A stretch of 64,000 nucleotides of DNA, taken from Candidatus Latescibacterota bacterium (GTDB lineage Bacteria > Latescibacterota > CBDEFO01). Every line of letters begins with the position of its first letter. The first letter of the stretch is position 1. The stretch is from positions 32,001-96,000 of the forward strand of contig OZ252149.1 in the NCBI GenBank assembly GCA_965248755.1, in the 5' to 3' direction. Of this stretch, positions 1 through 10,351 are shown in pieces. Both the position numbers and the translations under genes were made by a program. A model generated the notes under the pieces. It searched no databases. It was not told the origin of the DNA and saw only the letters and a program-made list of their open reading frames with translations.

Positions 1-1
1 C

Positions 2-922
2 ATTCCGACGGGGTCCTTGGCTCTGGATGCAGCCCTGGGGATAGGAGGAGTCCCAAGAGGAAGGGTCCTTGAGATCTTCGGGCCCGAGGCATCAGGAAAG
101 ACGACGCTCTGTCTGCACATAATAGCGCAGGCGCAGAAAAAAGGAGGCATAGCTGCGTTTATAGATGCAGAACACGCTTTGGACGTAAACTTCGCCAGGG
201 AAATCGGCGTCGATATGGACCACCTGTGGGTATCCCAGCCCGATACAGGTGAAGAAGCGCTCAACATCGCTGATACCCTGGTCAGGAGCGCCGCGGTGGA
301 CGTTGTGGTGGTAGACTCTGTAGCCTCTCTAGTTCCCAGAGCAGAACTTGAAGGTGAAATCGGCGATTCCCATGTGGGGATCCAGGCCAGACTCATGTCC
401 CAGGCATTGAGGTCCCTTTCAGGCTCAATAAATAAATCCAGAACCTGTATGATATTCACAAATCAGATCAGGATAAACATAGGAGTTATGTTCGGCTCTC
501 CCGAGACTACTTCTGGAGGAAAGGCCTTAAGATTCTATGCCAGCGTGAGGATGGACATAAGGAGAATCGGCTCAATAAAGGGGACAGACCAGGGCATTAT
601 AGGGAACAGGACAAGGGTCAAAGTCGTTAAGAATAAGATGGCTCCCCCGTTCAGAGAAGCTGAGTTTGACATCATGTTTAACAGCGCAGAGACGGGAATC
701 TCCAAGATGGGAGACATGCTGGACATAGCTGTGGACAAGGAAATCGTAGAAAAGAGTGGTACCTGGTTTTCCTACAACAAAGAGAGGTTAGCTCAAGGGC
801 GTGAAAATACCAAGCTCTTTTTGAAAGCGAACTCGAATATATCAGACCAGATCGAAGCCAAAGTCAGAGAAACTCTCTTTCCGTCAAAGCCTCAAGCTGA
901 GACACCAGCTTCCGAAGTCTAA
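2..922 (+). CDS. recA: Recombinase RecA (5'-truncated by window edge)
   Basis: Frame open from base 2 ([13 protein letters not shown]); Walker [35 protein letters not shown]. Confidence 0.99.
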   Translation: MPTGSLALDAALGIGGVPRGRVLEIFGPEASGKTTLCLHIIAQAQKKGGIAAFIDAEHALDVNFAREIGVDMDHLWVSQPDTGEEALNIADTLVRSAAVDVVVVDSVASLVPRAELEGEIGDSHVGIQARLMSQALRSLSGSINKSRTCMIFTNQIRINIGVMFGSPETTSGGKALRFYASVRMDIRRIGSIKGTDQGIIGNRTRVKVVKNKMAPPFREAEFDIMFNSAETGISKMGDMLDIAVDKEIVEKSGTWFSYNKERLAQGRENTKLFLKANSNISDQIEAKVRETLFPSKPQAETPASEV

Positions 923-1067
923 GTTGATAAAACTTCAACCTTATGATGAAGAGTCCTGATCTTCAGTTCATGTGGGCTTATCCGGCTCGATTCTACTGAA
1001 GACATTTAAATCGTGTCAGCGCAACCTGTATGAGCCAAATCATATCGACACATGGAGGCGCCACAGT

Positions 1068-1571
1068 TTGAATGTAGAACTGCAAAAGAGTGAACTGACA
1101 AAAGCCAAGGAAAGATCCCTTAGACTCCTTTCGTATCGGGCAAGGTCAGAAAAAGAGATTGTAGATAGATTAAGAGAGAAGAGATTCAGCAGATCTGTTA
1201 TAGATCAGACGATTCAGGATCTTAAAGGCTCGGGGCTTATCGACGATTTAGAATTTGCCAGAATGTGGACGAAAAGTCGCCTGCTCGGAAAAAAGATGGG
1301 AAAAGGGAGGATTATGGGGGAACTTAGAGAGAAAGGGGTCAAGAGCGACATCGTAGATAAGGCGATAGACGAGTACTTCAAAGAGGTGGACTTTGAAGAT
1401 GTAGCTTTAAGTCTGTTGAGGGGTAGGATAAACAGATACTGGAGATTAGACAAGAATAAAGCCCTCAAAAGAATGTCAGATTTCCTCTTCAGACGAGGAT
1501 TTGAAGGGGAACTTATATGGAGCACAGTCCAGATGGTCTGGGATGAGATAGAAAAAGATGAGGAAAGATGA
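1068..1571 (+). CDS. recX: Regulatory protein RecX
   Basis: LRLLSYRARSEKEI, LIDDLEFA, FLFRRGF; directly after recA; TTG at 1068 with GGAGG upstream (ORF open from 972). Confidence 0.93.
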   Translation: MNVELQKSELTKAKERSLRLLSYRARSEKEIVDRLREKRFSRSVIDQTIQDLKGSGLIDDLEFARMWTKSRLLGKKMGKGRIMGELREKGVKSDIVDKAIDEYFKEVDFEDVALSLLRGRINRYWRLDKNKALKRMSDFLFRRGFEGELIWSTVQMVWDEIEKDEER

Positions 1572-4201
1572 AATCGTCGGACATCAGAGAAGAGTTCTTA
1601 AGATACTTTGAGAGCAAAGGCCACAGGAGAATTCACAGCTCTCCTTTGATACCACACAACGATCCGACCCTGCTCTTTACAAACGCGGGCATGGTTCAGT
1701 TTAAGGACGTGTTGTTAGGGGCGGAAAAGAGGGACTATAAGCGAGCTGTTACCTCTCAAAAATGCATCCGCGCCGGAGGAAAACACAACGATCTTGAGAA
1801 CGTGGGACGGACGGCCCGACATCACACCTTCTTCGAGATGCTCGGCAACTTCTCCTTCGGCGACTACTTCAAGGAAGGGTCGATAGAATACGGCTGGGAA
1901 TTTATGACCGATGTGATGGGGCTTCCCGAAGATAAACTCTGGGTGTCCATATATAAAGACGACGACGAAGCGGAGGAGATATGGATCCAAAAGATCGGGT
2001 TTCCGGCGGACAGGATGGTCAGACTCGGCGACCTGGAGAAGGGCGATGAAGAAAACTTCTGGAGCATGGGCGACACAGGACCATGCGGACCCTGCTCTGA
2101 GATCCTTATAGACCGCGGCGTCGAGTTCGGCTGCGGCAGACCTGACTGTCGGGTAGGATGCGACTGCGACAGGTACTATGAGCTCTGGAATCTGGTCTTT
2201 ATGCAGTATACAAGAGACGAATCCGGGAAGCTGACTCCCCTTCCCAAACCGAGCATAGACACCGGCTTGGGACTGGAGAGGACATCGGCCGTGATGCAAA
2301 ATGTGAACTCCGTCTTCGATACAGACCTGTTCAGATCTATCATTTCGGCAATAGAGGAGATAACAGGCAAAGAATACATTCCCGGCGATGGGAGCGTCCC
2401 GTTCAGAGTAATAGCCGATCACATAAGGGCCCTCACGTTTGCCATCACAGACGCAGTCCTACCCTCCAACGAGGGGAGAGGCTATGTCTTGAGGCGGATA
2501 TTGAGAAGAGCCGCACGATTCGGTCGGATATTAGATATGCACGAACCGTTCATATATAGGTTGGTCTCCACCACAGTGGACCTGATGGGAGAAGCCTATC
2601 CCGAAATCGTCGAAAAGGCTCAGCACGTCTCCCTAGTAGTGAAATCCGAAGAGGAAAACTTTAGCAGGACGCTGGACAGAGGCATAAATAGGTTTGAGGA
2701 AATCGTAGGCAGGTTAAAAGAGGAGGGGAAAAACAGGATCTCCGGAGCCGATATCTTCAGACTCTACGATACATACGGTTTCCCTCCTGATCTTACGCAG
2801 TTGATGACAGAGGAAAAGGGACTCTCCATTGACGTTGCTGGATTTGACAGAGAAATGCACTATCAAAAGGAAAGAGTCAAAAGCGCCTCCAGATTCCGGG
2901 CCGAAGATGAGGGAAACTGGATCAGCGTATCGGATAAAGAAAGCTCCAAGTTCATAGGATATGACGAACTCCAGGCAGAGGCGGAGGCGATAAGATACAG
3001 GATGGACGGCCATAAAGTCGATCTTATCCTGGATGTGACCCCCTTCTACGCCGAAGCGGGAGGTCAGATCGGAGACAGCGGCGTAATAAAGAACGAGGAT
3101 ATAACGATCCAAATAGACGACACCCGGCCGCAAGGGGGCGAAATAGTCCATAAGGGACGTGTAATTGAGGGAGATATTGAGGCAATAAAAAAACAATTGA
3201 CAGCCCAGGTCGATTCGGGTCGCCGCCTCTCCACAGCCAGGAACCACACCGCCACCCACCTTCTTCACTCAGCTCTGAGGAAAGTCCTCGGAGAGCATGT
3301 CCACCAGTCGGGATCTTTAGTAGCCCCCGACCGCCTGAGATTCGACTTTACACACTTTACTAGCTTGGACCCAGACCAGATCAGACACATTGAAGCGGTA
3401 GTCAACGGCAAGATAAGGGAGGACATTCAGCTGCAAGATTCTTACAGACCCTTGGATGAAGCGAAAAGTATGGGAGCTATGGCCCTCTTCGGAGAGAAGT
3501 ACGATCCTGTAGTCAGAGTCGTCGAAATAGGGGACTTCAGCAAGGAACTGTGCGGAGGGACCCACGTCCGACGGACTGGTGAATTGGGCCTGTTCAGAAT
3601 CGTATCTAAGGGAGGCATAGCAGCGGGAGTTAGAAGAATCGAAGCCTTAATCGGCCAAAAAGCGGAGCATCTGACCTATCAACAGAACAGGATACTATCG
3701 GAGATTGAGAATCTTCTAAACGTGCCTTCAGAAGAAGTCGCAGATAGAGTGCAAAAGTTAATAGAGACAAACAGAGCCCTGGAAAGAGAGATTCAAAAGA
3801 TCGAAGGACAGTCCACGATCTCCGAAGTGGACAAACTCATAAAGAAGGCTGTAGACATAGACAACAGAAAAATAGTTTCCTCAAAGGTGGAAAGCAGAGA
3901 TATGGACTCCTTCCGCAGGATGGCTGATTCTCTGAGAGATAAGCTCAAAAGCGGTGTTGGAGTCATAGGCATGATCTCAAACGGCAAAGTATCCCTTTTG
4001 GCCGTCGTCACAGATGACCTTATAGAATCCGCGGGGCTAAAAGCGGGCGATATAGTTCAGGACATCGCCACGATAGTCGGGGGAGGGGGGGGCGGGAAGC
4101 CCCATTTAGCTCAGGCGGGCGGAAGAGTGCCTGAGAAGTTAGATGAGGCGTTAGGGAAGGTGACAGAAATTGTCCAGGAACACCTAAGTAAGCGTGCATA
4201 G
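1568..4201 (+). CDS. alaS: Alanine--tRNA ligase
   Basis: DPTLLFTNAGM, HHTFFEMLGNFSFGDYFK, NHTATHLL, ELCGGTH, GGGGGKP. Confidence 0.99.
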   Translation: MKSSDIREEFLRYFESKGHRRIHSSPLIPHNDPTLLFTNAGMVQFKDVLLGAEKRDYKRAVTSQKCIRAGGKHNDLENVGRTARHHTFFEMLGNFSFGDYFKEGSIEYGWEFMTDVMGLPEDKLWVSIYKDDDEAEEIWIQKIGFPADRMVRLGDLEKGDEENFWSMGDTGPCGPCSEILIDRGVEFGCGRPDCRVGCDCDRYYELWNLVFMQYTRDESGKLTPLPKPSIDTGLGLERTSAVMQNVNSVFDTDLFRSIISAIEEITGKEYIPGDGSVPFRVIADHIRALTFAITDAVLPSNEGRGYVLRRILRRAARFGRILDMHEPFIYRLVSTTVDLMGEAYPEIVEKAQHVSLVVKSEEENFSRTLDRGINRFEEIVGRLKEEGKNRISGADIFRLYDTYGFPPDLTQLMTEEKGLSIDVAGFDREMHYQKERVKSASRFRAEDEGNWISVSDKESSKFIGYDELQAEAEAIRYRMDGHKVDLILDVTPFYAEAGGQIGDSGVIKNEDITIQIDDTRPQGGEIVHKGRVIEGDIEAIKKQLTAQVDSGRRLSTARNHTATHLLHSALRKVLGEHVHQSGSLVAPDRLRFDFTHFTSLDPDQIRHIEAVVNGKIREDIQLQDSYRPLDEAKSMGAMALFGEKYDPVVRVVEIGDFSKELCGGTHVRRTGELGLFRIVSKGGIAAGVRRIEALIGQKAEHLTYQQNRILSEIENLLNVPSEEVADRVQKLIETNRALEREIQKIEGQSTISEVDKLIKKAVDIDNRKIVSSKVESRDMDSFRRMADSLRDKLKSGVGVIGMISNGKVSLLAVVTDDLIESAGLKAGDIVQDIATIVGGGGGGKPHLAQAGGRVPEKLDEALGKVTEIVQEHLSKRA

Positions 4202-4241
4202 TTCAATTAAGCTGTAGTTAAACACCCCAAGGAGGAAAGTT

Positions 4242-4751
4242 GTGCGTATCATCGGACTCATCATCGTGTTAGGTGTTGGCTTGTCAGGCGGTGCTCTGGT
4301 TGAATCAAGGCTTTCCTACTTCCCAATAATAATCAGCTTGTTTCTACGTCCTGTCGGTATAGTCATCGTTTTCTCGTTGGGAGCGCTCTTGCTCGGACGA
4401 ACCAGCATTCCCACCATGTTCAAGGTTGTGTTCTCCCGCGAAGTCACAGGCGAAGAGTTGACCACCGGCGCAGCGGCATGGGCAAGGGCCCGGACATACA
4501 CGATGACCGCCGGCTGGATAGGAGTGTCGGGGGGACTGCTGCTTACGGTGCGCGGGCTGATCATTACGTTCCGGGGAATAGCTGAGAGTGGCTGGGCGCC
4601 AACGATCATGTCCGCCGGTCTCTCCATGGCGTTGACCCCGACCATGGTCGGTCTCCAGTTTCTGTTCTGCGCAGTGCTACTGGCTTACGGCATCTATATG
4701 CCGTTGCAGAGACGCTTGGAGGATCGCATCGGTCAAGCTTCAGAGTCGTGA
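4242..4751 (+). CDS. Membrane protein, MotA/TolQ/ExbB-like short form
   Basis: Strong AAGGAGG RBS; several hydrophobic helices; AGWIG...AGLSMAL...LAYGIYMPL pattern reminiscent of MotA/ExbB transmembrane segments. Confidence 0.5.
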   Translation: MRIIGLIIVLGVGLSGGALVESRLSYFPIIISLFLRPVGIVIVFSLGALLLGRTSIPTMFKVVFSREVTGEELTTGAAAWARARTYTMTAGWIGVSGGLLLTVRGLIITFRGIAESGWAPTIMSAGLSMALTPTMVGLQFLFCAVLLAYGIYMPLQRRLEDRIGQASES

Positions 4752-4833
4752 TGTCGCTATCGAATCTCCCAAGACATTCTCTGGTTTATCCTATGCGTGT
4801 TCGATAGAAGGCCCTACTCAACTTGGTGAATTG

Positions 4834-5580
4834 ATGCCCGTTTTTCAGTATCTACTCGATGTAAAACGTAAAAAAGGCGCAGGCTTTTTGGTCCTGTTTG
4901 ACCCGGGGCATGTGGATGAGGATACGGTAGGGCAGATAGCTGCTGACTACCAGGACAGTGGAGCCGACGCGTTCTTAGTAGGCAGCAGTATCCTCCTTTC
5001 CGACAACTTCGGCAGAACCATAAGAGAAATAAAGAAATCCTCAGACCTCCCTGTCATTATCTTCCCCAACGGTGTGGGACAGCTCTCTGACGATGCTGAC
5101 GCCATCCTATTTATGTCAATGATCAGCGGAAGAAATCCCGAACTTCTGATCGGTCAACAGGCAAAAGCTGCTCCTATCGTAAAGGACACCGGCCTGGAAG
5201 CTATATCTACAGGTTATATGATAATAGAATCCGGCAGGACAACGTCAGTCGAGTATATGAGTGGGACAAAACCTATTCCGAGAGATAAGCCCGAAATAGC
5301 CATGGCGCACGCTCTGGCAGCAGAGTACCTGGGCATGAAGTGCGTCTATTTAGACGCTGGAAGCGGAGCCGCGATGCCTATCTCCGACGAGATGTTGAAA
5401 TCTGTGGTAGAATATATCTCCCTGCCCCTTATTGCGGGAGGCGGTATAAGAGAGCCCGAAACCTCCAGAAGCAAAGTACAAGCCGGTGCCTCCTTTGTAG
5501 TCGTGGGCAGTGCGCTGGAAAAAGATACCAGTGGTCATCTGGCAGAAGAGTTCGCAGATGCTATTCATATTAAGGAGTAG
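4834..5580 (+). CDS. Geranylgeranylglyceryl/heptaprenylglyceryl phosphate synthase (PcrB family, group II-like)
   Basis: LFDP, DAFLVGSS, ADAILFMSMISGRNPELLIGQQ, TGYMIIESG, AAEYLGMKCVYLDAGSGA, GGGIR. Confidence 0.92.
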   Translation: MPVFQYLLDVKRKKGAGFLVLFDPGHVDEDTVGQIAADYQDSGADAFLVGSSILLSDNFGRTIREIKKSSDLPVIIFPNGVGQLSDDADAILFMSMISGRNPELLIGQQAKAAPIVKDTGLEAISTGYMIIESGRTTSVEYMSGTKPIPRDKPEIAMAHALAAEYLGMKCVYLDAGSGAAMPISDEMLKSVVEYISLPLIAGGGIREPETSRSKVQAGASFVVVGSALEKDTSGHLAEEFADAIHIKE

Positions 5581-5586
5581 CCTACT

Positions 5587-6390
5587 TTGGTGGACATACA
5601 CTCCCATATCCTTCCCTGTGTGGACGACGGAGCAAAAGATATAGACGAATCTATAGAAATGATAAGAGCGGCTATTGGCGACGGCATAGAAGCCATAGTA
5701 GCTACGTCCCACGTTTTGAATAATCTGAACCGGGAGATAGATGAACTTTACAGGAACAGATTTGATCAGCTATCCAAGAGGCTTCAAAAAGAAAACCTTC
5801 CCATACAAATCTTTCTGGGCTCGGAGATAATGTTTCAGTTTGGCCTGAAGGCGGTGAAAGACCTTAAAATTGCCACCTTAGATGGGAATGACAAATATTT
5901 TCTCATAGAAGTTCCGATGAGATCATTTCCCGATCAGTTTGAGGATGCGATGTTTAAAATGAGAGCTGCAGGTCTCACCTCCATTCTGGCGCATCCCGAG
6001 CGGAACGCTGTACTCGGAAACGATGAAGAGCTTGTATACCGACTTGCCAATCAGGGACTCCTCTTTCAGATCAATGCTTCCAGTCTATCCCCAAGAACGC
6101 GAAGCCGTATTAGAGAGGCCGCGTGGAACATGATCACAAAGGGCTTAGTGCACTTTATAGCCACAGATGCGCACGATCTATCCTCACGTCCCTTGATATT
6201 AAGTAAAGCAAGAGACGCAGTAAGAAAAGAATTGGGAGAAGAAACAGCACAGAAGCTATTCTACGAGAATCCCTGGAAGGCGATAAGAGGAGAACGCATC
6301 AAGGCAGAGCCTCCATACAGACCCCAGAAGCAGAAAAAGAGGGGAATTTTTGGCAATCTATGGAGAAACCTTGTAAGGACTCAAGATTAA
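5587..6390 (+). CDS. CpsB/CapC (YwqE-like) PHP-family tyrosine-protein phosphatase
   Basis: VDIHSHILPCVDDGA, ATSH, LAHPERN, QINASS, ATDAH. Confidence 0.92.
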   Translation: MVDIHSHILPCVDDGAKDIDESIEMIRAAIGDGIEAIVATSHVLNNLNREIDELYRNRFDQLSKRLQKENLPIQIFLGSEIMFQFGLKAVKDLKIATLDGNDKYFLIEVPMRSFPDQFEDAMFKMRAAGLTSILAHPERNAVLGNDEELVYRLANQGLLFQINASSLSPRTRSRIREAAWNMITKGLVHFIATDAHDLSSRPLILSKARDAVRKELGEETAQKLFYENPWKAIRGERIKAEPPYRPQKQKKRGIFGNLWRNLVRTQD

Positions 6391-6393
6391 GTG

Positions 6394-6849
6394 TTAAAGA
6401 GCTTGTCTTTTCCTCCCCCACGCAAGCCATCCTGCATAGATAGCCATCGTCTCTGCGGGGAACGTGGCGATCCCTGCTACAATTGACAAGATAGATCCTA
6501 TCCTGTTGCTCCTTCCTGCAGAGAGTATTCCTCCGAGCATAACCGCAATCCCCGAAAGGATTGTAGCGTTTCCCCAAGAGCCCGAGTAAGTTGTGCAGTA
6601 TCTCCAGCAGACTATGGAGCAATCGGGCTGCCATATATAAGTGTGATGCGGCTTATCCCACCAGAACATACAGTAGATCCCGCACGATGCAACCGCTAAT
6701 CCTACTAATACAGGCAGAATCGTCATTAAGAGCACATCGCAGCCTACTCTCTTCCTTCTCCTCCACATCTGAAAAAGAGCGATCGATAGAAGAGGCGTAA
6801 AGATAATTAAGGCCAATTCGCCCCAAGGATACCATTTCATCAGATTCAC
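6394..6849 (-). CDS. Hypothetical membrane protein
   Basis: 151-aa ORF with about four hydrophobic segments and an AGAGG RBS; no recognisable family. Confidence 0.5.
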   Translation of the reverse strand: MNLMKWYPWGELALIIFTPLLSIALFQMWRRRKRVGCDVLLMTILPVLVGLAVASCGIYCMFWWDKPHHTYIWQPDCSIVCWRYCTTYSGSWGNATILSGIAVMLGGILSAGRSNRIGSILSIVAGIATFPAETMAIYAGWLAWGRKRQAL

Positions 6850-6852
6850 CTC

Positions 6853-6881
6853 TTGACATTTTGTAGCTTGCTACTTAAATT
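6853..6881 (+). promoter_or_regulatory. Putative sigma70 promoter
   Basis: TTGACA-N17-TAAATT upstream of GGAGG and ATG at 6904. Confidence 0.55.
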
Positions 6882-6903
6882 GACTCTGCGGAGGTCGGTA
6901 TTT

Positions 6904-7164
6904 ATGATCTGTGAAAGATGCGGCGTCAACCAAGTCTCCAAAGTGACAACAGAGATAATAGACGGAGAAAAGGTGGCTATCTTCCTCTGCGAGCGATGTC
7001 TGGAATCGAGCAAAAATGAAGAAGGTGCTATCCCAGAACTCAACAGACCTTGTCCCTTGTGCCGTAGGAGAGAAGGGACGGTCAAGTTAACTCAATTGCA
7101 AGGAGACAACAGAAGAGTAAGGTTCCTGTGCGACGAATGTGCTAAATCTCTATCGTTGATTTGA
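6904..7164 (+). CDS. McsA-like zinc-binding protein (duplicated CxxC...LCxxC module)
   Basis: MICERC...FLCERC then CPLC...FLCDECA; GGAGG RBS before ATG 6904. Confidence 0.7.
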   Translation: MICERCGVNQVSKVTTEIIDGEKVAIFLCERCLESSKNEEGAIPELNRPCPLCRRREGTVKLTQLQGDNRRVRFLCDECAKSLSLI

Positions 7165-7267
7165 CAAGTCAGCACAGTTAGATCTTGGTAATACGTTGTG
7201 GAACAGTAGGACACCTCCTATAACCTAACACAAATCCACACACTATAGCAGGAGGAACATTATCTAA

Positions 7268-7627
7268 ATGAACGCTTTGGAAAAGACGCCTGCGGATATG
7301 GACGCAGAACCTTCAAAAAAGACGATAACCATCGTGTGGAAGGACAGCCATACTAGTGTCTATCCTTACGACTACATAAGAAAGAACTGTCCGTGCGCGC
7401 ATTGCAAGGACTCCAGTGAAAGTCAAAAACCTTCGACAGTCGGAGGTCTGGCAGAACTGAAACTCATCAATGAGGACGTAGCCGGGACGAACAGCGACAT
7501 CGTAGAAGTGGAGGATGTAGGACGATACGCACTCAAGTTCACCTGGGGAGACGGACACGATACAGGGATATACTCATTTGAGCATTTAAGAGAAATATGC
7601 CCTTGCGACAAATGCAAAGGGCTGTAG
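7268..7627 (+). CDS. DUF971 / gamma-butyrobetaine hydroxylase-like N-terminal domain protein
   Basis: WKDSHTSVYPYDYIRKNCPCAHC, VGRYALKFTWGDGHDTGIYSFEHL. Confidence 0.9.
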   Translation: MNALEKTPADMDAEPSKKTITIVWKDSHTSVYPYDYIRKNCPCAHCKDSSESQKPSTVGGLAELKLINEDVAGTNSDIVEVEDVGRYALKFTWGDGHDTGIYSFEHLREICPCDKCKGL

Positions 7628-7688
7628 ATCCAAGTAGACGGTAGTCAGGAAAGGCAGTGAGCGTTTCTCTGTGTTTTATCCGTTCTAT

Positions 7689-7749
7689 ATAGGGGCGAGC
7701 CCTGGTGTTCGCCCAAGATTTCAGGGCCAATCCATGCGTCTTTCCCTAC
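7689..7749. repeat. REP-like doublet (GTAG-type palindrome pair)
   Basis: ATAGGGGCGAGC-cctggt-GTTCGCCC followed by an inverted degenerate copy ending CCCTAC; between convergent genes. Confidence 0.7.
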
Positions 7750-7919
7750 GGATGATCAAAGTAAAGACCTATTCTCCATCAGTCCTGGAACCCCGGCAGA
7801 GGTGGCAAAGCTGAGGCATTAGGCGAGCACGCCCCTATCAGATAGGCATCTTAAGCTTATCTCTTGTTCTTATCATATCAGAAACAGTCCTTTGACCTTC
7901 TCACTCTCTTTCTCCGAGT

Positions 7920-8963
7920 TTAGCAGTAGGCTGGTACCGGCAAGTAATCGTCCGCAGACGGCGAACCTCCCAAAAGTCTGAGAGATATTCTTCTAAACTC
8001 CTTGAGTTCATCTTTCCCCCCAGCCTCTTTGAATAACAAGCACCTGGACACGGTATTATCCATGAACGCTTCGGCCTGAGAGGGACTCAAACCAAGTCTT
8101 TTGAAGAGCCATCCTGCTTTGCACCCGAATTTATAAGCCCTCTTGCCCTCTCCGTACGTAGTTACTGGTTGCTCATCGTACCCTATCCTTTTGACTTCTC
8201 CTATTATTCCCCCTTGCAGAGCCACTTCGACTATGGGAGCTATCTCGGGGCCGTAGCGCAGTATATCGAAGTCCGCCGACGATGCTTCACGGGTAGAAAG
8301 CGCTGCCACTATATACTTTACGGCCGATAAGTTGTAGAGCTTATAACCACTCTGGAAGTCTGGGACATCTGCATAGACGGCTGCATATCTGGTGTCCAAT
8401 ACCACTCCCCGACCAGCTAACTTAAACTTAATCCCGTCGAGCACGAGTTTGTTGATTATTAACTCGTATTGTCCCCTTTGAAATCCCAGCGGCCTGTGGA
8501 GTTCAGACCTTCTACCTATCACTACGGATGGAAGGTCTCCGTTTTCCCTTTCTATCTGCTTGGATATGCGAAATAAGTTCAAAAGATCGTTTATGAAGTG
8601 ATCCCCATCCGCGTCCCTCACCGCGACGAAGTTAACCCTTTCATCTTCAAGAAGAATCTTCATACCATCAAGAACAGCGGCTCCTTTTCCCCTATTTTCA
8701 GCGCTGTATATGACTTCAAACGGAGCCATCTCCTCCCGAAGTTTCTCGGCAATCTCAAGGCATCTGTCGCATCCGTCTATCACCACCTTAATCAGCTTCG
8801 GAGACACATATACCTCGTAGTCCTTGAGAGTCGTTGTAAGTATAAGTCTTATCCTGTCCTCTGGAATTTCGTCCGGGAACCAAACGGGGATCACCATGCC
8901 CATTTCCTCTTTCATCTGGGCTATGGAGTAGTAGTTATCAAGCGACGGACAGTATTCACTCAT
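7920..8963 (-). CDS. Glycosyltransferase family 2-like protein
   Basis: VIPVW, VVIDG, ENRGKGAAV, RDADGDH (DxD), DFQSGYKLY; ATG 8963 with GGGAGG RBS. Confidence 0.8.
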   Translation of the reverse strand: MSEYCPSLDNYYSIAQMKEEMGMVIPVWFPDEIPEDRIRLILTTTLKDYEVYVSPKLIKVVIDGCDRCLEIAEKLREEMAPFEVIYSAENRGKGAAVLDGMKILLEDERVNFVAVRDADGDHFINDLLNLFRISKQIERENGDLPSVVIGRRSELHRPLGFQRGQYELIINKLVLDGIKFKLAGRGVVLDTRYAAVYADVPDFQSGYKLYNLSAVKYIVAALSTREASSADFDILRYGPEIAPIVEVALQGGIIGEVKRIGYDEQPVTTYGEGKRAYKFGCKAGWLFKRLGLSPSQAEAFMDNTVSRCLLFKEAGGKDELKEFRRISLRLLGGSPSADDYLPVPAYC

Positions 8964-8974
8964 AATGTTTGATC

Positions 8975-9588
8975 CTACAACCTCCCTGAACGAAGTATTC
9001 CCATCACGAGCCATATACCCAATATCCCTGCAAAACAGAGCCCAAGAATGCCTATGACAGAATATCCCAAAAACTCAGGCCCCTTATCCAAGACGTATGC
9101 AGAGCCGACTATCAGTGCAGCTATCAAAAGGCTGAAAGAAAGGCGATTGGACGCCCTGTCCATCTCAGTGATAAACCTGTTAACCTACCTGTGCTGTATC
9201 TCCCACGTCAAATTGCCCCTATCTCTTTTCCCAGATATCGTTCTATCTCTGGCTTTATGACACTAAACTCCACCGGAGGCACCTCGTCTTGGAGTTTGCT
9301 CAACTCCTCCGCAAGTTGCCTGGGGATCAGAAACGGACGCATACTGAGCGCCTGCCCCAATTTGACGAAGGTAGGTCCCAACTCCTCTAATACCAATCTG
9401 AGCCTGACTGCGTAGGATTTGTCATCCCACTCCTTCGTAAGCCTGAAAAGATTCCTGGCGAACCCGAGACGGTAGGCAAGATCTACCCTGACCAGAATCT
9501 CGCTGAAGCCGTACCTAATCAACACCGCCACAATTTGACGGTATCTCTTCAGGTTCCTGTAACTTCTGTCAATCCTCGGAATATGCAT
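8975..9588 (-). pseudogene. UbiB/AarF/ABC1 kinase pseudogene, central kinase domain deleted
   Basis: N-terminus (RYRQIVAVLIRYGF, EELGPTFVKLGQALSMRP, LQDEVPP) joined out of frame to the C-terminal tail (RGNLTWEIQHR*VNRFITEMDRASNRLSFSLLIAALIVGS). Confidence 0.85.
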
Positions 9589-9754
9589 CGTCCAGATTCA
9601 CTGATAGCAGCTTAGACAACGGTCTATACGGATAACAAGAATATGTGAACACAACTAAAATACGAAAAATGCCTCCTGACTTCAAGGGAAATATATCAAA
9701 TGTGCGCAGAAGAACGATAAACTTTTCTCGAAAATTTGCACTCATTACTTACAC

Positions 9755-9783
9755 TTGACGACAGCGCCTAAATACCGTATCTT
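9755..9783 (+). promoter_or_regulatory. Putative sigma70 promoter
   Basis: TTGACG-N17-TATCTT upstream of ATG 9834. Confidence 0.5.
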
Positions 9784-9833
9784 TAAGAGAGAAATGTAAG
9801 TCCACAATGGGCTTCAAATAGGACGGCACTAAA

Positions 9834-10322
9834 ATGAAGCGAACAATCTTAATCTTAACTATTCTGTCACTATTGGTCGCTTTGAATGCACCTACCTATG
9901 CGCAGGATCTTTTCGGACTCTCGACCAACTTTCCCGCCGGGGATAATCCCTCATCAGTCTTCATTGCGGATTTAGATGGAGATGGTAATAGTGCCCTGGC
10001 TGTGGCTGGAGGCGGCACCGTAACAGTATTGATGAATCTCTCTGATATACTCACTGATCTAAGCGGATATGAAGAACTATGATTAAATGTTACACTGACC
10101 AATTACGATCTCCCTTTTGAAAGCCACATTAACATATCTGTCTATAATATTATGGGACAGAAGGTTGCGATATTGGTGGATGGTCATAGATCAGCCGGAA
10201 GCTACTCTGTAGTCTGGGATGGCAAAGACAATACCGGAGAAAGACTTGCCAGCGGAGTCTATTTGTATCGGATGAAGACAGACGGATTTGTGCAGACAAG
10301 AAAAATGATCCTCCTCCGTTGA
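9834..10322 (+). pseudogene. Decayed secreted FG-GAP protein with FlgD/T9SS-type C-terminal domain
   Basis: Signal peptide, one FG-GAP repeat (IADLDGDG), in-frame TGA at 10080-10082, then same-frame CTD (VYNIMGQKV...WDGKD...ASGVYLYRM...TRKMILLR) lacking the NYPNPFNP motif. Confidence 0.8.
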
Positions 10323-10351
10323 AAGTGATAAGAACTCCAAAGGAGAACCCC

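Noticed and set aside
10080..10082. In-frame TGA as selenocysteine or stop-codon recoding
   Set aside because: The conserved NYPNPFNP segment is missing at this point, indicating deletion and decay; many intact genes here end in TGA.
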